NCBI GenBank assembly: GCA_964509455.1
Contig: CAZDXS010000157.1
Location: 1-59,473, forward strand
Length of the DNA: 59,473 nucleotides
Source of the DNA: an uncultured Enterobacteriaceae bacterium
GTDB lineage: Bacteria; Pseudomonadota; Gammaproteobacteria; Eutrophobiales; Eutrophobiaceae
Direction of reading: 5' to 3'
Part shown: one piece after another, positions 30,110 through 39,016 of the stretch
How the letters are laid out: every line of letters starts with the position of its first letter
Numbering within the stretch: the first letter of the stretch is position 1
Position numbers and translations under genes: made by a program
Notes under the pieces: generated by a model
Seen by the model: the letters and a program-made list of their open reading frames with translations, nothing else
The model's database searches: none
What the model was told of the DNA's origin: nothing

Positions 30110-30805
30110 TCATTGCTTGTCGCATTTAATCGGCAACCGCTCCAGCCACGGGATGAAGTCGGGGTCGGGAGTTTCATCGACGTGATTCTGGTTCCACAAC
30201 AACGAGCGCCGCACCGCACCGCGGTTGCTGTGGTTGCCCAGCCACTGCGGGTAGGACGGCGGCGGCTTATCGTGATATGCCGACAGCAACGCGATGCTGT
30301 TGCGCTCCAGGTAGCCGCGGTCGCTGTCCGGCCCCGGTGCATCATCAATACAGGCCACCGCGAAAGGCAACTTGCCAATGTACTCGGAGACCAGGCGTTC
30401 CAGCGGCAACTCCCCCTCAGTTAGCTCGGAGCGGTCCATGCCCAGCGCCCTGGCGGCGCTTCCCGGGCTTGATTTGTACCCCCAGGATTTCACCGGTTTG
30501 TGATCGCCGCACTTCATCAGCGCTTTCCCCACCAGCAACCGAAAGATGGAGCCGCGATGATTGCCGCCGCCGGATCCGAGGGTCCCCCGATGTTGCGACA
30601 GTCGCCCCCACAACGTGGACTTCGAGCCGGCTTTCAAGGCATGCGTTCCCACGCGCACGACGCGGGAACGGTCCGACTCCCAGAAGAAATACACGCCGCG
30701 CCGCGGCAACCCCGTCCCGCTGCCGGCATCCGCCAGGTAGCGATAGCCGCCCTGATTTGCTACCAGCAATTCCAGCCACTGGTAGAACCGCTCCCGCTCA
30801 GTCAT
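30110..30805 (-). CDS. GIY-YIG-like protein, paralogue 1
   Basis: GVYFFW...RVVRVG...LWGRLSQH; YLERNSIALL; LWNQNH; ATG overlaps the DUF6884 stop (ATGACTGA). Confidence 0.65.
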   Translation of the reverse strand: MTERERFYQWLELLVANQGGYRYLADAGSGTGLPRRGVYFFWESDRSRVVRVGTHALKAGSKSTLWGRLSQHRGTLGSGGGNHRGSIFRLLVGKALMKCGDHKPVKSWGYKSSPGSAARALGMDRSELTEGELPLERLVSEYIGKLPFAVACIDDAPGPDSDRGYLERNSIALLSAYHDKPPPSYPQWLGNHSNRGAVRRSLLWNQNHVDETPDPDFIPWLERLPIKCDKQ

Positions 30806-31244
30806 CCCGGGCGCGGGAGGCACAACAGTTTTGCAACCAGCTCAGTTGCTCCCCGATTCTCATCCCCTCCATCGGCACGTCCACCTCGTATCCGGCATCC
30901 TCCAACGGCGCCGCCAGGTTTTCGCGGTACCTGGCGCCCGCCAGGAAGACGAACCGGCAGGGATCCAGTTTCAGCAAGTCCTCAAGCACCGGGGCCGCCC
31001 AGTTCCGCCGCTCCCGTGCACCCATATTGTTCAGGGTTTTCTCGTACGGCTCGATCTCCTTTTCCGGGTCAACCAGCCCGTATTTCGCCGAGAGTATGAA
31101 CCAGGGGCATCCCTTGGCCTCCACGTAGCGCCGCGCCTTGAGGAACCAGTCGGATTGATACAAGTCCTTGGCTGCGCACGGGTAGCCCTGTTTTACCGAG
31201 ACGCAGGAAACCAAGTAAATAGTGTCGTCGTTATGTGCGTTCAT
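30798..31244 (-). CDS. DUF6884-like protein
   Basis: IYLVSCVSVK...AKDLYQSDWFLKARRY...WFILSAKYGL...IEPYEKTL...LAGARY...PMEGMRIGEQL; family name from memory. Confidence 0.7.
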   Translation of the reverse strand: MNAHNDDTIYLVSCVSVKQGYPCAAKDLYQSDWFLKARRYVEAKGCPWFILSAKYGLVDPEKEIEPYEKTLNNMGARERRNWAAPVLEDLLKLDPCRFVFLAGARYRENLAAPLEDAGYEVDVPMEGMRIGEQLSWLQNCCASRARDD

Positions 31245-31302
31245 CGTTCTTATTCTGTGATGGAAACGCAGGATGATACCACAGCAGGCAAATCATGGGG
31301 CG
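31238..31302. repeat. 65-bp direct repeat, copy 1 (extended -10, 5'UTR and ATG of the DUF6884-like gene)
   Basis: 64/65 identical to 38842-38906; contains TG-G-TATCAT on the minus strand. Confidence 0.95.
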
Positions 31303-31457
31303 CAACCGGGGGAGGGCGCTACCACCGCCGCCCACCATGCCACCGGGGGCAGAGAGCGGATGGTTCGGCGTTCCCGGCGCCGCGCGGGGGAAATCATAGG
31401 CGCAACCGAGGGCGTTGTTGCCGCCGCCCGCCGCGCCGCGTCATCACTACGGAGGCG

Positions 31458-34241
31458 TCACGTTTTGTCGCCGCCCGTGGTGAGGCGCTTATCCAGTTCC
31501 ACAAATTGCTGGAGCGTGCTAAAACCGCCGCGGTCGAAGTCGACCTGGTTCACTCGCAGGTAGCGCCAGGGGATGCCGATTTCCTTGCTCACCCGTTCGC
31601 ACCACTGCGCCATGGCGTTGTCCTTTGCTTCCGTTCCCTCCCAGACACGCCCTTTCGTCTCGATGATCCAGTTCACTTCGCCGGCATCGGTTTTTTGCAC
31701 CACCACCCAGTCCGGATAGTAGAAGCCAATGGCGCCGCTCGCTTTCAGGTAGTCCACTCGAAACTGGCTGCTGGAATCTCCTTGCTCGGTGGTGCCCAGC
31801 GCGGCGAAGCGCACCACGTCTTTTGCGATGTCCAGAAACTGGGCGAAGCGGCGCTCGAAGCCGTTGTAGGTCGCCACGTAGTTGAAGACCGTCTTCTTTG
31901 CTCGAGGCGGCGGCAGGTCGCGCCGCCAGAGGAACTTCTTGGTCTCGGAAAGATGGTGGTCCTCCTTGTCGAACTCAATGACGCGCCGCACGACCGTCAA
32001 CTCCGCGATTTTGCGCGCCAGGTACTTGGCGATGCCTTCCCGCAAAGGCAGGCGGTTGAGGTGCGAGCGCACCGCTTTAGCATTAATGTCGACTTCCCTG
32101 CCGAAACAACGCGTCGTCACGTAGTCCCGCACGATGGGGTATAGCTCTGCGAAGCGGTTAGGCAGTTTAGCCTCGCCGATGACCTTGTTGGTAATGCTTG
32201 CCAGCAACTCTTGGGCAAGGAGCAACTCGCCCTCGATGGGTTCTACGTGGATCTCGGTCTCCGTGGGGGCGAATTTTATCTTGAGCGTAACGCGGAATGG
32301 CTCGTCCAGCTCCTTCTGATCGTAGATCGCCTCCAACTCGTCGACGCGAAGTTCCGCCAGCTTGCGAATGTCGTACGCCAGGCTTGGCTTGGTGATTGGA
32401 ATGGCGATGTCGTACTTTATCTTCTCCTGCACAGGCTCGATGATGACCCCCACCGGTGGGTCGGTTTTGGTGACGGCTACGCCCACGCCCTCCGCCTCCA
32501 GTTGCTCGCGCAGAACCTTCAGCAGGTTGCGTGTGCCCAGAACTTCCAGGGTTTGCGTCCGGTCCTGGCTTACCCCAGCCATGAGGCGCAACCCCCTGCC
32601 GATGACCTGCTCCGGCAGGATCTCGGCCTTGGCGGTGAACGGGCGCAGACCCAGCACCACGGAGACGTTCCGCACGTCCCAGCCTTCGCGCAACATCATC
32701 ACGCTGACGATTGCCTTGATGTTGCTCTCTGCCGCGTCGATGTCGCGCGCCGCCGCCCGGGCCTTGTCCAGGTCTTTCTTGGTGATCTCGCCCGCCGTGT
32801 CCGTGTGAATCACCAGCACTTCATCTTGCTTGAAGCCGAACTCTTTGGTTTGCCGCAGGTAGTTGCCGATGGCGTCCGCATAGACGTTTTTCTCGGTCAT
32901 GATGAACAGCACCGGGCGCGTGTTGAGTTTTTTGTAGGTCTCATGATGCACTTTCCAGCGTAGCACCGCGGCCTGCAACCAGTAACCGTACTTCTCGACG
33001 ACATTTTCCTTGGTGATGCCGTCGGGATCTTCCTGGGGTTGCTTAGGATCGTCCTCCTTGGTGACGATGAGCGGCGCCTTGACGATGCGGTCTTCCACCG
33101 CTTGGGCAAGAGGGTAGTCGCATACCGTCCAGGGGAAGTACATCCCGTTCTGATCTTTCGGCGTGGCGGAAAAGTCCAACCACATTGCGAGCCCCTGCGG
33201 CAACGCGTCGTGAATGGCGAGCAGGGATCGACTCCATTGCAGATCCTCGTCGTGAACATGGTGGGCCTCGTCATTCAGCACCACCAGATCGTTTAGCGAC
33301 TTCATCCTTTCCAGCATCGAGCGTTGACCTGAAGATGCCAGGTCTTTCGCCGGCGGGCCCAGTAGCGCATCGATGGGGTTGGCGGGCATCCACTCCTTGT
33401 CCCGCGACTCGTAAAGTTGCTGGATGTTGGTGAGAAAGAGGTTGCCCGAGGCGGCGGGATCCGCGGCATCGCCGCGCAGGATTACGTTCTGGCTGAAAGC
33501 CCCTTTCCACTCCGGCGGGACCAGCGGTAGCCTGTGAAAGATGCTGTTGTCCCTGAAGTCCTTTTCCAGCCGCTGGTAAACAATTACGTTGGGCGCGACA
33601 ATCAAGAAATTGGTCGAGAGCCCCGAGTCCGCCACTTGTTGTTTGTGAAGCCGGGCCCAGACAATGGCCATGGCCATGACCCAGGTCTTGCCCGAGCCGG
33701 TCGCCATCTTGAATGCGAAGCGGCGCAGATCCTCCGGCGGGAGATCCTGCACTCCATCATTATTCAGCTCGGGAACGTAGCGGCGCAATTGCCGTCGGCC
33801 ATCCATGGTGGTTTGGAACTCGATGTCGTCGGCTAGCAGGTCTTTTTTGAACTTGCTTGCATACTTCTTGATCAAGTCCTGTACATCGCGTTGCCCGGCG
33901 ATCTCCACCCGCCACACCAGCGTCTCGATGGCTTCGCGCTGGCAGAAGTGATAGCGGAACGTGTCATCAAACCCCGGGACTTCATGGTCCTCCTCGAACC
34001 AGTACCCGAAAAGGCGCCGCGTCACGGCGGAGGCGCCGGCGTAGCCCCCCTCCCGCCACGCATCCACAGCAGTACGGATCTTCGGCACCAGCAACCGCTG
34101 GCTGTCGCGCCGGCCGGCTTCCACCCGCCAGCCGGTAGCGGCCGCCTCGTCTTTCACCAAGTGGGAAGTGGGCTTTTCCCATGGGCAACGGCCCGGAATT
34201 TCCGGCAGGTCTTTGTCGTAGGCGATGACGGATTTTGCCAT
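31458..34241 (-). CDS. res: Type III restriction enzyme Res subunit
   Basis: FKMATGSGKT, NDEAHH, FSATP, MLREGWD, EQVIGRGLR; C-terminal YPDW...IETKG nuclease. Confidence 0.92.
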   Translation of the reverse strand: MAKSVIAYDKDLPEIPGRCPWEKPTSHLVKDEAAATGWRVEAGRRDSQRLLVPKIRTAVDAWREGGYAGASAVTRRLFGYWFEEDHEVPGFDDTFRYHFCQREAIETLVWRVEIAGQRDVQDLIKKYASKFKKDLLADDIEFQTTMDGRRQLRRYVPELNNDGVQDLPPEDLRRFAFKMATGSGKTWVMAMAIVWARLHKQQVADSGLSTNFLIVAPNVIVYQRLEKDFRDNSIFHRLPLVPPEWKGAFSQNVILRGDAADPAASGNLFLTNIQQLYESRDKEWMPANPIDALLGPPAKDLASSGQRSMLERMKSLNDLVVLNDEAHHVHDEDLQWSRSLLAIHDALPQGLAMWLDFSATPKDQNGMYFPWTVCDYPLAQAVEDRIVKAPLIVTKEDDPKQPQEDPDGITKENVVEKYGYWLQAAVLRWKVHHETYKKLNTRPVLFIMTEKNVYADAIGNYLRQTKEFGFKQDEVLVIHTDTAGEITKKDLDKARAAARDIDAAESNIKAIVSVMMLREGWDVRNVSVVLGLRPFTAKAEILPEQVIGRGLRLMAGVSQDRTQTLEVLGTRNLLKVLREQLEAEGVGVAVTKTDPPVGVIIEPVQEKIKYDIAIPITKPSLAYDIRKLAELRVDELEAIYDQKELDEPFRVTLKIKFAPTETEIHVEPIEGELLLAQELLASITNKVIGEAKLPNRFAELYPIVRDYVTTRCFGREVDINAKAVRSHLNRLPLREGIAKYLARKIAELTVVRRVIEFDKEDHHLSETKKFLWRRDLPPPRAKKTVFNYVATYNGFERRFAQFLDIAKDVVRFAALGTTEQGDSSSQFRVDYLKASGAIGFYYPDWVVVQKTDAGEVNWIIETKGRVWEGTEAKDNAMAQWCERVSKEIGIPWRYLRVNQVDFDRGGFSTLQQFVELDKRLTTGGDKT

Positions 34242-34243
34242 GA

Positions 34244-36107
34244 CTATTTCACCTCCACGGCGAACACCTGCGAGGTGTCATTGCCGAAAATGTCAATCAC
34301 CTTGACGAGGATGCGGTACTTGCCCGGCTTCTCGTAGGCATGCGGGTCGGAGACCAGCGGCAGTTGGCGCTCCTTGCGCGTGCGGTACGCCACCCAGCCT
34401 TGCATGAAAGTATCGTTGCGGAAGTCCCAGTCCACCGCCCAGTAGTCGATGTAGTCCGACGACTCCTGCACCTTGTCGCGCACGTCCTCCGGAATCAGCT
34501 CGGTGTTGGGGATGACGAAATTTTTCAGCGCCACCTGCGCGGTAAGTTTCTCCGGTTGCTTGATCTTGGCTTCCAGATACGCCAGCTGGAAAAAGTGTAC
34601 GTCGCCCTGTGCCACGGCCTGCTCCTCTATCGCCTCTCGAGGAATCTGCAAGAGCAGAAGATTCACGCCTCGGTTTCCTGCCTCTGACACCATCAGGTTT
34701 CCGTTAAGGCCCATCTCCCACTCCCAGCCAAGTACGTGCAACTCGTCCTGCTTGAGCTTCACGCATTCATCCACCGCGGCATCGATATCGTTTATGGTTA
34801 CTGGCGCTTCTACCGCGCCGATGCGGACTAGGGCCTTGCCTTTCCTGCCGTGCAGGTGCGTCATGTCTGCCAGCGGCTGGGCGCCGTAAAGATTGAGAAT
34901 GAAAGCCAGGTACTCGTAGAGCGCCTGCTCCGTGAGCGGCCTGCCTTGCGCTTCGCCGAAAGTCACATCCTGCCAGTGTTGGTGCTCGTACTTGCCGAGA
35001 TTGAGGATCTCGAAAGGTTTGCAGTTCTCGATGCCGAGCAAGCGCTTGCGGGTGACATGAGTGCCCCAGCGCCCCAGGTCGCAACCAATCCAACGACGGC
35101 CCAGCTTCTCGGCGACAGCGAGGGTGGTGCCGGAGCCGCAGAAAAAGTCGGCGACTAGGTCGCCCTCGTTGGAAGATGCCTTGATGATGCGTTCCAACAA
35201 GGCCTCGGGCTTTTGGGTGGGGTAGCCAACTCGCTCGCTACTCATCGGTTGATTCTGCATAGAATTTATATCTGCCCAGACCGTAGAAACCGCTTTGCCT
35301 TCGGTTAAATAGCGGCGGCGGCCAGCAAGAACATAATACTGTCTCCCATTCTCGTCCACTTGATCGTGTTTATCGACCCACTCTTGCGAATGCGGAACAA
35401 GTTGTTTGTTGAATACTGGACTACCTTTGTGGTAGTAAAACAAAACATCGTGATTCCTAATCCACTTATCTGCCCTGGCTTTATAGCCACTAACTGCTTC
35501 GCCCATCCGCCAAATTATCTCATTTCTAAAATTATCTTTCCCAAAAACTTCATCCATCAACAACCGAACGAAGCTATTCACACGCCAATCGCAATGTACG
35601 TAAATACTGCCGTTATCAGCGAGCAAGTCGCGCATCAAGACGAGGCGCTCCCAGATCATCGCGACATAACTGTCCACCCCCTTACTCCAAGTGTCGCGAT
35701 ACGCCTTTTCCTCGATAACAGATTGCTCCTTTTCGACCTCGAGGCTATCTTCACCAATCTGCGCCTTAAAGGAAAAATCCGCCCCTGTCGCAAACGGCGG
35801 GTCAATGTAGATGAGGTCAATTTTACCCGCCAATCTCTCCAGCAAAGACCCCATCACCAGCAAGTTGTCGCCCCATATCAGCTTGTTTTGCCAGCCATTT
35901 TCGGGGTTGCCCCCCCCAGGTTTTAAATAACGTGTCTTGTGGGCCGAGTCGTCCTTTATGAGCCTCGCGCGTGGCGCGGGTCTCGTTCACGGCCTCGATG
36001 ACCTGGAACGGCAGGTTGACGCGCGGCACCTCCTTGAGTGCGCCATTCTCGTCGTACTTGCCCGGCCACACCAGTTCGGTTTTTTCTACGGCGTTGATTG
36101 TTGTCAT
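34244..36107 (-). CDS. mod: Type III Mod (beta-class N6-adenine MTase), copy A; frameshifted at a G8 tract (G7 or G10 restores the frame, ~620 aa)
   Basis: ELVWPGK N-terminus in one frame, NKLIWGDN-IDPPF-TRD-DFFCGSGTT in another; junction is the homopolymer at 35910-35917. Confidence 0.9.
35910..35917 (-). repeat. Poly-G(8) tract in mod copy A
   Basis: C8 on the plus strand at the frameshift point. Confidence 0.9.
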
Positions 36108-36270
36108 GGTCTCTGATGTCTTGTATGGGTTCGCAATTGCTTGGGATTGTAACACAGGTTCGCCTCTCCCTGTTAGTGGGAATACAACTCCCCGCCAGGG
36201 TCTATGGGAAGCCAAGGGCGCATCGCCCAAGCCGCTCCCGGCGCGATGGCGATGACGGACCCCGGCATGG

Positions 36271-38141
36271 CTACTTCACCTCCACGTCGAAGACCTGCGA
36301 GGTGTCGTTGCCGAAAATGTCAATCACCTTGACGAGGATGCGGTACTTGCCCGGCTTCTCGTAGGCATGCAGGTCGGAGACCAGCGGCAGATTGCGCTCC
36401 TTGCGCGTGCGGTATGTCACCCAGCCCTGCATGAAAGTGTCGTTGCGGAAGTCCCAGTCCACCGCCCAGTAGTCGATGTAGTCCGACGACTTCTGCACCT
36501 TGTCGCGCACGCTCTCCGGAAGCAGCCCGGTGTCAGGGATGACGAACTCTTTCAGCGCCACTTGTACAGTGAGTTCCTTCGGGCGCTTGATCTCGGCTTC
36601 CAGATACGCCAGCTCGAAGAAACGCACGTCGCCCTTGGCCACGGCCTGCTCCTCCATCACCTCGCGAGGGATCCGCAAGAGTTGGAGCTTTACGCCTTTT
36701 TGCTTCGCCAGCCCCACCACCAGTTTGTTGAGTCCCATCTCCCATTCCCAGCCGAGCACGTGCAACTCGCCCTGCTTGATCTTCACGCACTCTTCTACCG
36801 CGGCATCGATCTCGTCTATCGTTACCGGGGCATCTACGGCGCCGATGTGAACCATCGCCTTGCCTTGCTTGCCGTGCAGGTGCGCCATGCCCGCCAGCGG
36901 TTGGGCGCCGTAAAGCTTCAGAATGAAAGCCAAGTACTCGTAGAGGGCCCGCTCGGTGAGCGGCTTGTCCTGCGCCTCACCGAAAGTCACGCCTTGCCAG
37001 TACTGGCGTTCGTACTTTCCGAGGTTTAGCACTTCGAATGGATTGCAGTTATCGATGCCGAGCAAGCGCTTGCGGCTGACGTGGATGCCCCAGCGTCCCA
37101 GGTCGCAACCGATCCAGCAGCGGCCCAACTTTTCGGCAACGGCAAGGGTGGTACCGGAACCGCAGAAAAAGTCAGCGACCAGATCTCCCTCATTAGACGA
37201 TGTCCGAATGATTCTCCTGAGGATGCTTTCGTTTTTCTGGGTATCGTATCCTGTCTTCTCCTGCGAGAAGCTTTTGATCTGAATCGAATCAAGTGAATCT
37301 TCCCCCCTGAGCTCGAACTCGAACGAGTTAGCATTCCATACGTCCTCTATGGGATAGCCCTTGCCTTCTGTCTCACCGCCCCTTCGTTCGTAGCCAGAGG
37401 GGTACGGAACGTACTCTTTATTAAACGTGAAATCATCAGGCGCCTTAACATAGAAGAGAATCGTGTCGTGATTCCGAATCCAGTTCTTTGCGGCGCTCTT
37501 GTAGCCTGAAATCCAGCCGATTCGCCAGACGACCTCCCGCTGGAATGAGTCGATGCCAAAAATTTCGTCCATCAAGGACTTAACGTAGTGGCCGACCGTG
37601 GCATCCAGATGAACATAAATTGAACCTCGCGGGCTCAAGAGAGAACGCATAAGGGTGAGGCGATCCCGGATCATCTCCAGATAGCCGGCAAGGCCGCTCC
37701 CCCAGGTGTCGTGATACGCTTTTTCCTCGATAACAGATCGCTCTTTCTTTAACTCGGGGCCCTTTTCGCCAACCTGCGTTTTGAATGAAAAATCCGCCCC
37801 CGTCGCAAACGGCGGGTCAATGTAAATGAGGTCAATTTTCCCCGCCAACTTCTCTAGCAACGACCCCATCACCAGCAGATTGTCGCCCCAGATTAGCTTG
37901 TTGCGCCAACTCTCCGCCTCGACGCTGTCGCTTTCGGGCGCACCCCCCCCCCCCAGATTTTGTAGAACGTGTCTTGTGGGCCGAGCCGTCCCTTATTCGC
38001 CTCCCGCGTGGCGCGGCTCTCGTTCACGGTCTCGATGACCTGGAACGGCAGGCTGACGCACGGCGTCTCCTTGAGACGGCCGTCCTCGTCGTACTTGCCC
38101 GGCCATACCAGTTCGGTCTTGGTTATGTCGATTTTCGCCAT
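36271..38141 (-). CDS. mod: Type III Mod, copy B with a different TRD; frameshifted at a G12 tract (G13 or G10 restores the frame, ~623 aa)
   Basis: MAKIDITKTELVWPGK N-terminus out of frame with NKLIWGDN-IDPPF-TRD-DFFCGSGTT; junction is the homopolymer at 37943-37954. Confidence 0.9.
37943..37954 (-). repeat. Poly-G(12) tract in mod copy B
   Basis: C12 on the plus strand at the position homologous to the G8 tract of copy A. Confidence 0.92.
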
Positions 38142-38155
38142 GTGCTTCGGAGTGC

Positions 38156-38848
38156 TTACAACAGCCCGGCTTTGCGGAAACTGAAAGTCTCTTGTTGCGA
38201 CACAATCAGGTGGTCCAGGATGCGCAGGTCGACGGTTTCCGCGGCTAGGACGACGGCGCGCGTGGTCACCTTGTCCTGCTCGCTGGGCTGGACGTTGCCG
38301 TTCGGATGATTGTGGGCAAGTACCAGGGCCGCCGCCCGGCGCCGTAGCGCTGCCTCGACCACGCGGCGCGGATACACGGCGGCGCGATTGACCGTGCCTT
38401 CCTGCAAGGTCTCCACGCCGTCGCGGAGCAGTCGGCAACCGGAGTCCAGGTACGCCACGGCAAACACCTCGTGCTGGAGCATGCCGATTTTGGCGCGCCA
38501 GAAATCACTGAGCCGGCCGGGGTCGAGCAACACCTCCCCTTCCTCGGACGCCTGTTGCAGGTAGAGCGTTGCCGCGGCGCGAACGGCCTGCAGGTTGACG
38601 GCGGCCACTTCGCCCACGCCCTTGACCGACTGGAGTTCCGCCAGGGGCGCATCGAGGATGCCGCGCAGGCTGCCGAAACGCGCCAGCAGGGCCTTGGCGG
38701 CCGGCTTGGTGTCTTTTCGGGGGATGGCCAGGGTCAGGAGCATCTCGATGACCTCGTACTCCGCAAATCCCGCCAATCCTCCCTTGCGGAAGCGCTCGCG
38801 CAGTCGCCGGCGGTGCTGTACGTAGTGCGGCTGTTCCTGTCCGTTCAT
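38156..38848 (-). CDS. radC: RadC-family JAB/MPN domain protein
   Basis: HRRRLRERF, LLTLAIPRKDTKP, GTVNRAAVYPRRV, HNHPNG...PSEQD, ILDHLIV. Confidence 0.93.
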   Translation of the reverse strand: MNGQEQPHYVQHRRRLRERFRKGGLAGFAEYEVIEMLLTLAIPRKDTKPAAKALLARFGSLRGILDAPLAELQSVKGVGEVAAVNLQAVRAAATLYLQQASEEGEVLLDPGRLSDFWRAKIGMLQHEVFAVAYLDSGCRLLRDGVETLQEGTVNRAAVYPRRVVEAALRRRAAALVLAHNHPNGNVQPSEQDKVTTRAVVLAAETVDLRILDHLIVSQQETFSFRKAGLL

Positions 38849-38906
38849 CGTTTTTATTCTGTGATGGAAACGCAGGATGATACCACAGCAGGCAAATCAT
38901 GGGGCG
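38842..38906. repeat. 65-bp direct repeat, copy 2 (extended -10, 5'UTR and ATG of radC)
   Basis: 64/65 identical to 31238-31302. Confidence 0.95.
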
Positions 38907-39016
38907 GTGCGCTGACGCCCCGGCTTTCCCAGTGCCGCATGGGCGCCGCCGCACGTGTCGGACAGGGACAGCGTCCTCTCGCCGGCGTCTCCGCCGTAAC
39001 ACCTGCACGGCGCCGC

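Noticed and set aside
38156-38848. RadC JAB domain as CBASS Cap3
   Set aside because: It has the RadC HhH+JAB architecture, is 19 kb from cdnE on the opposite strand, and there is no Cap2 E1/E2 gene
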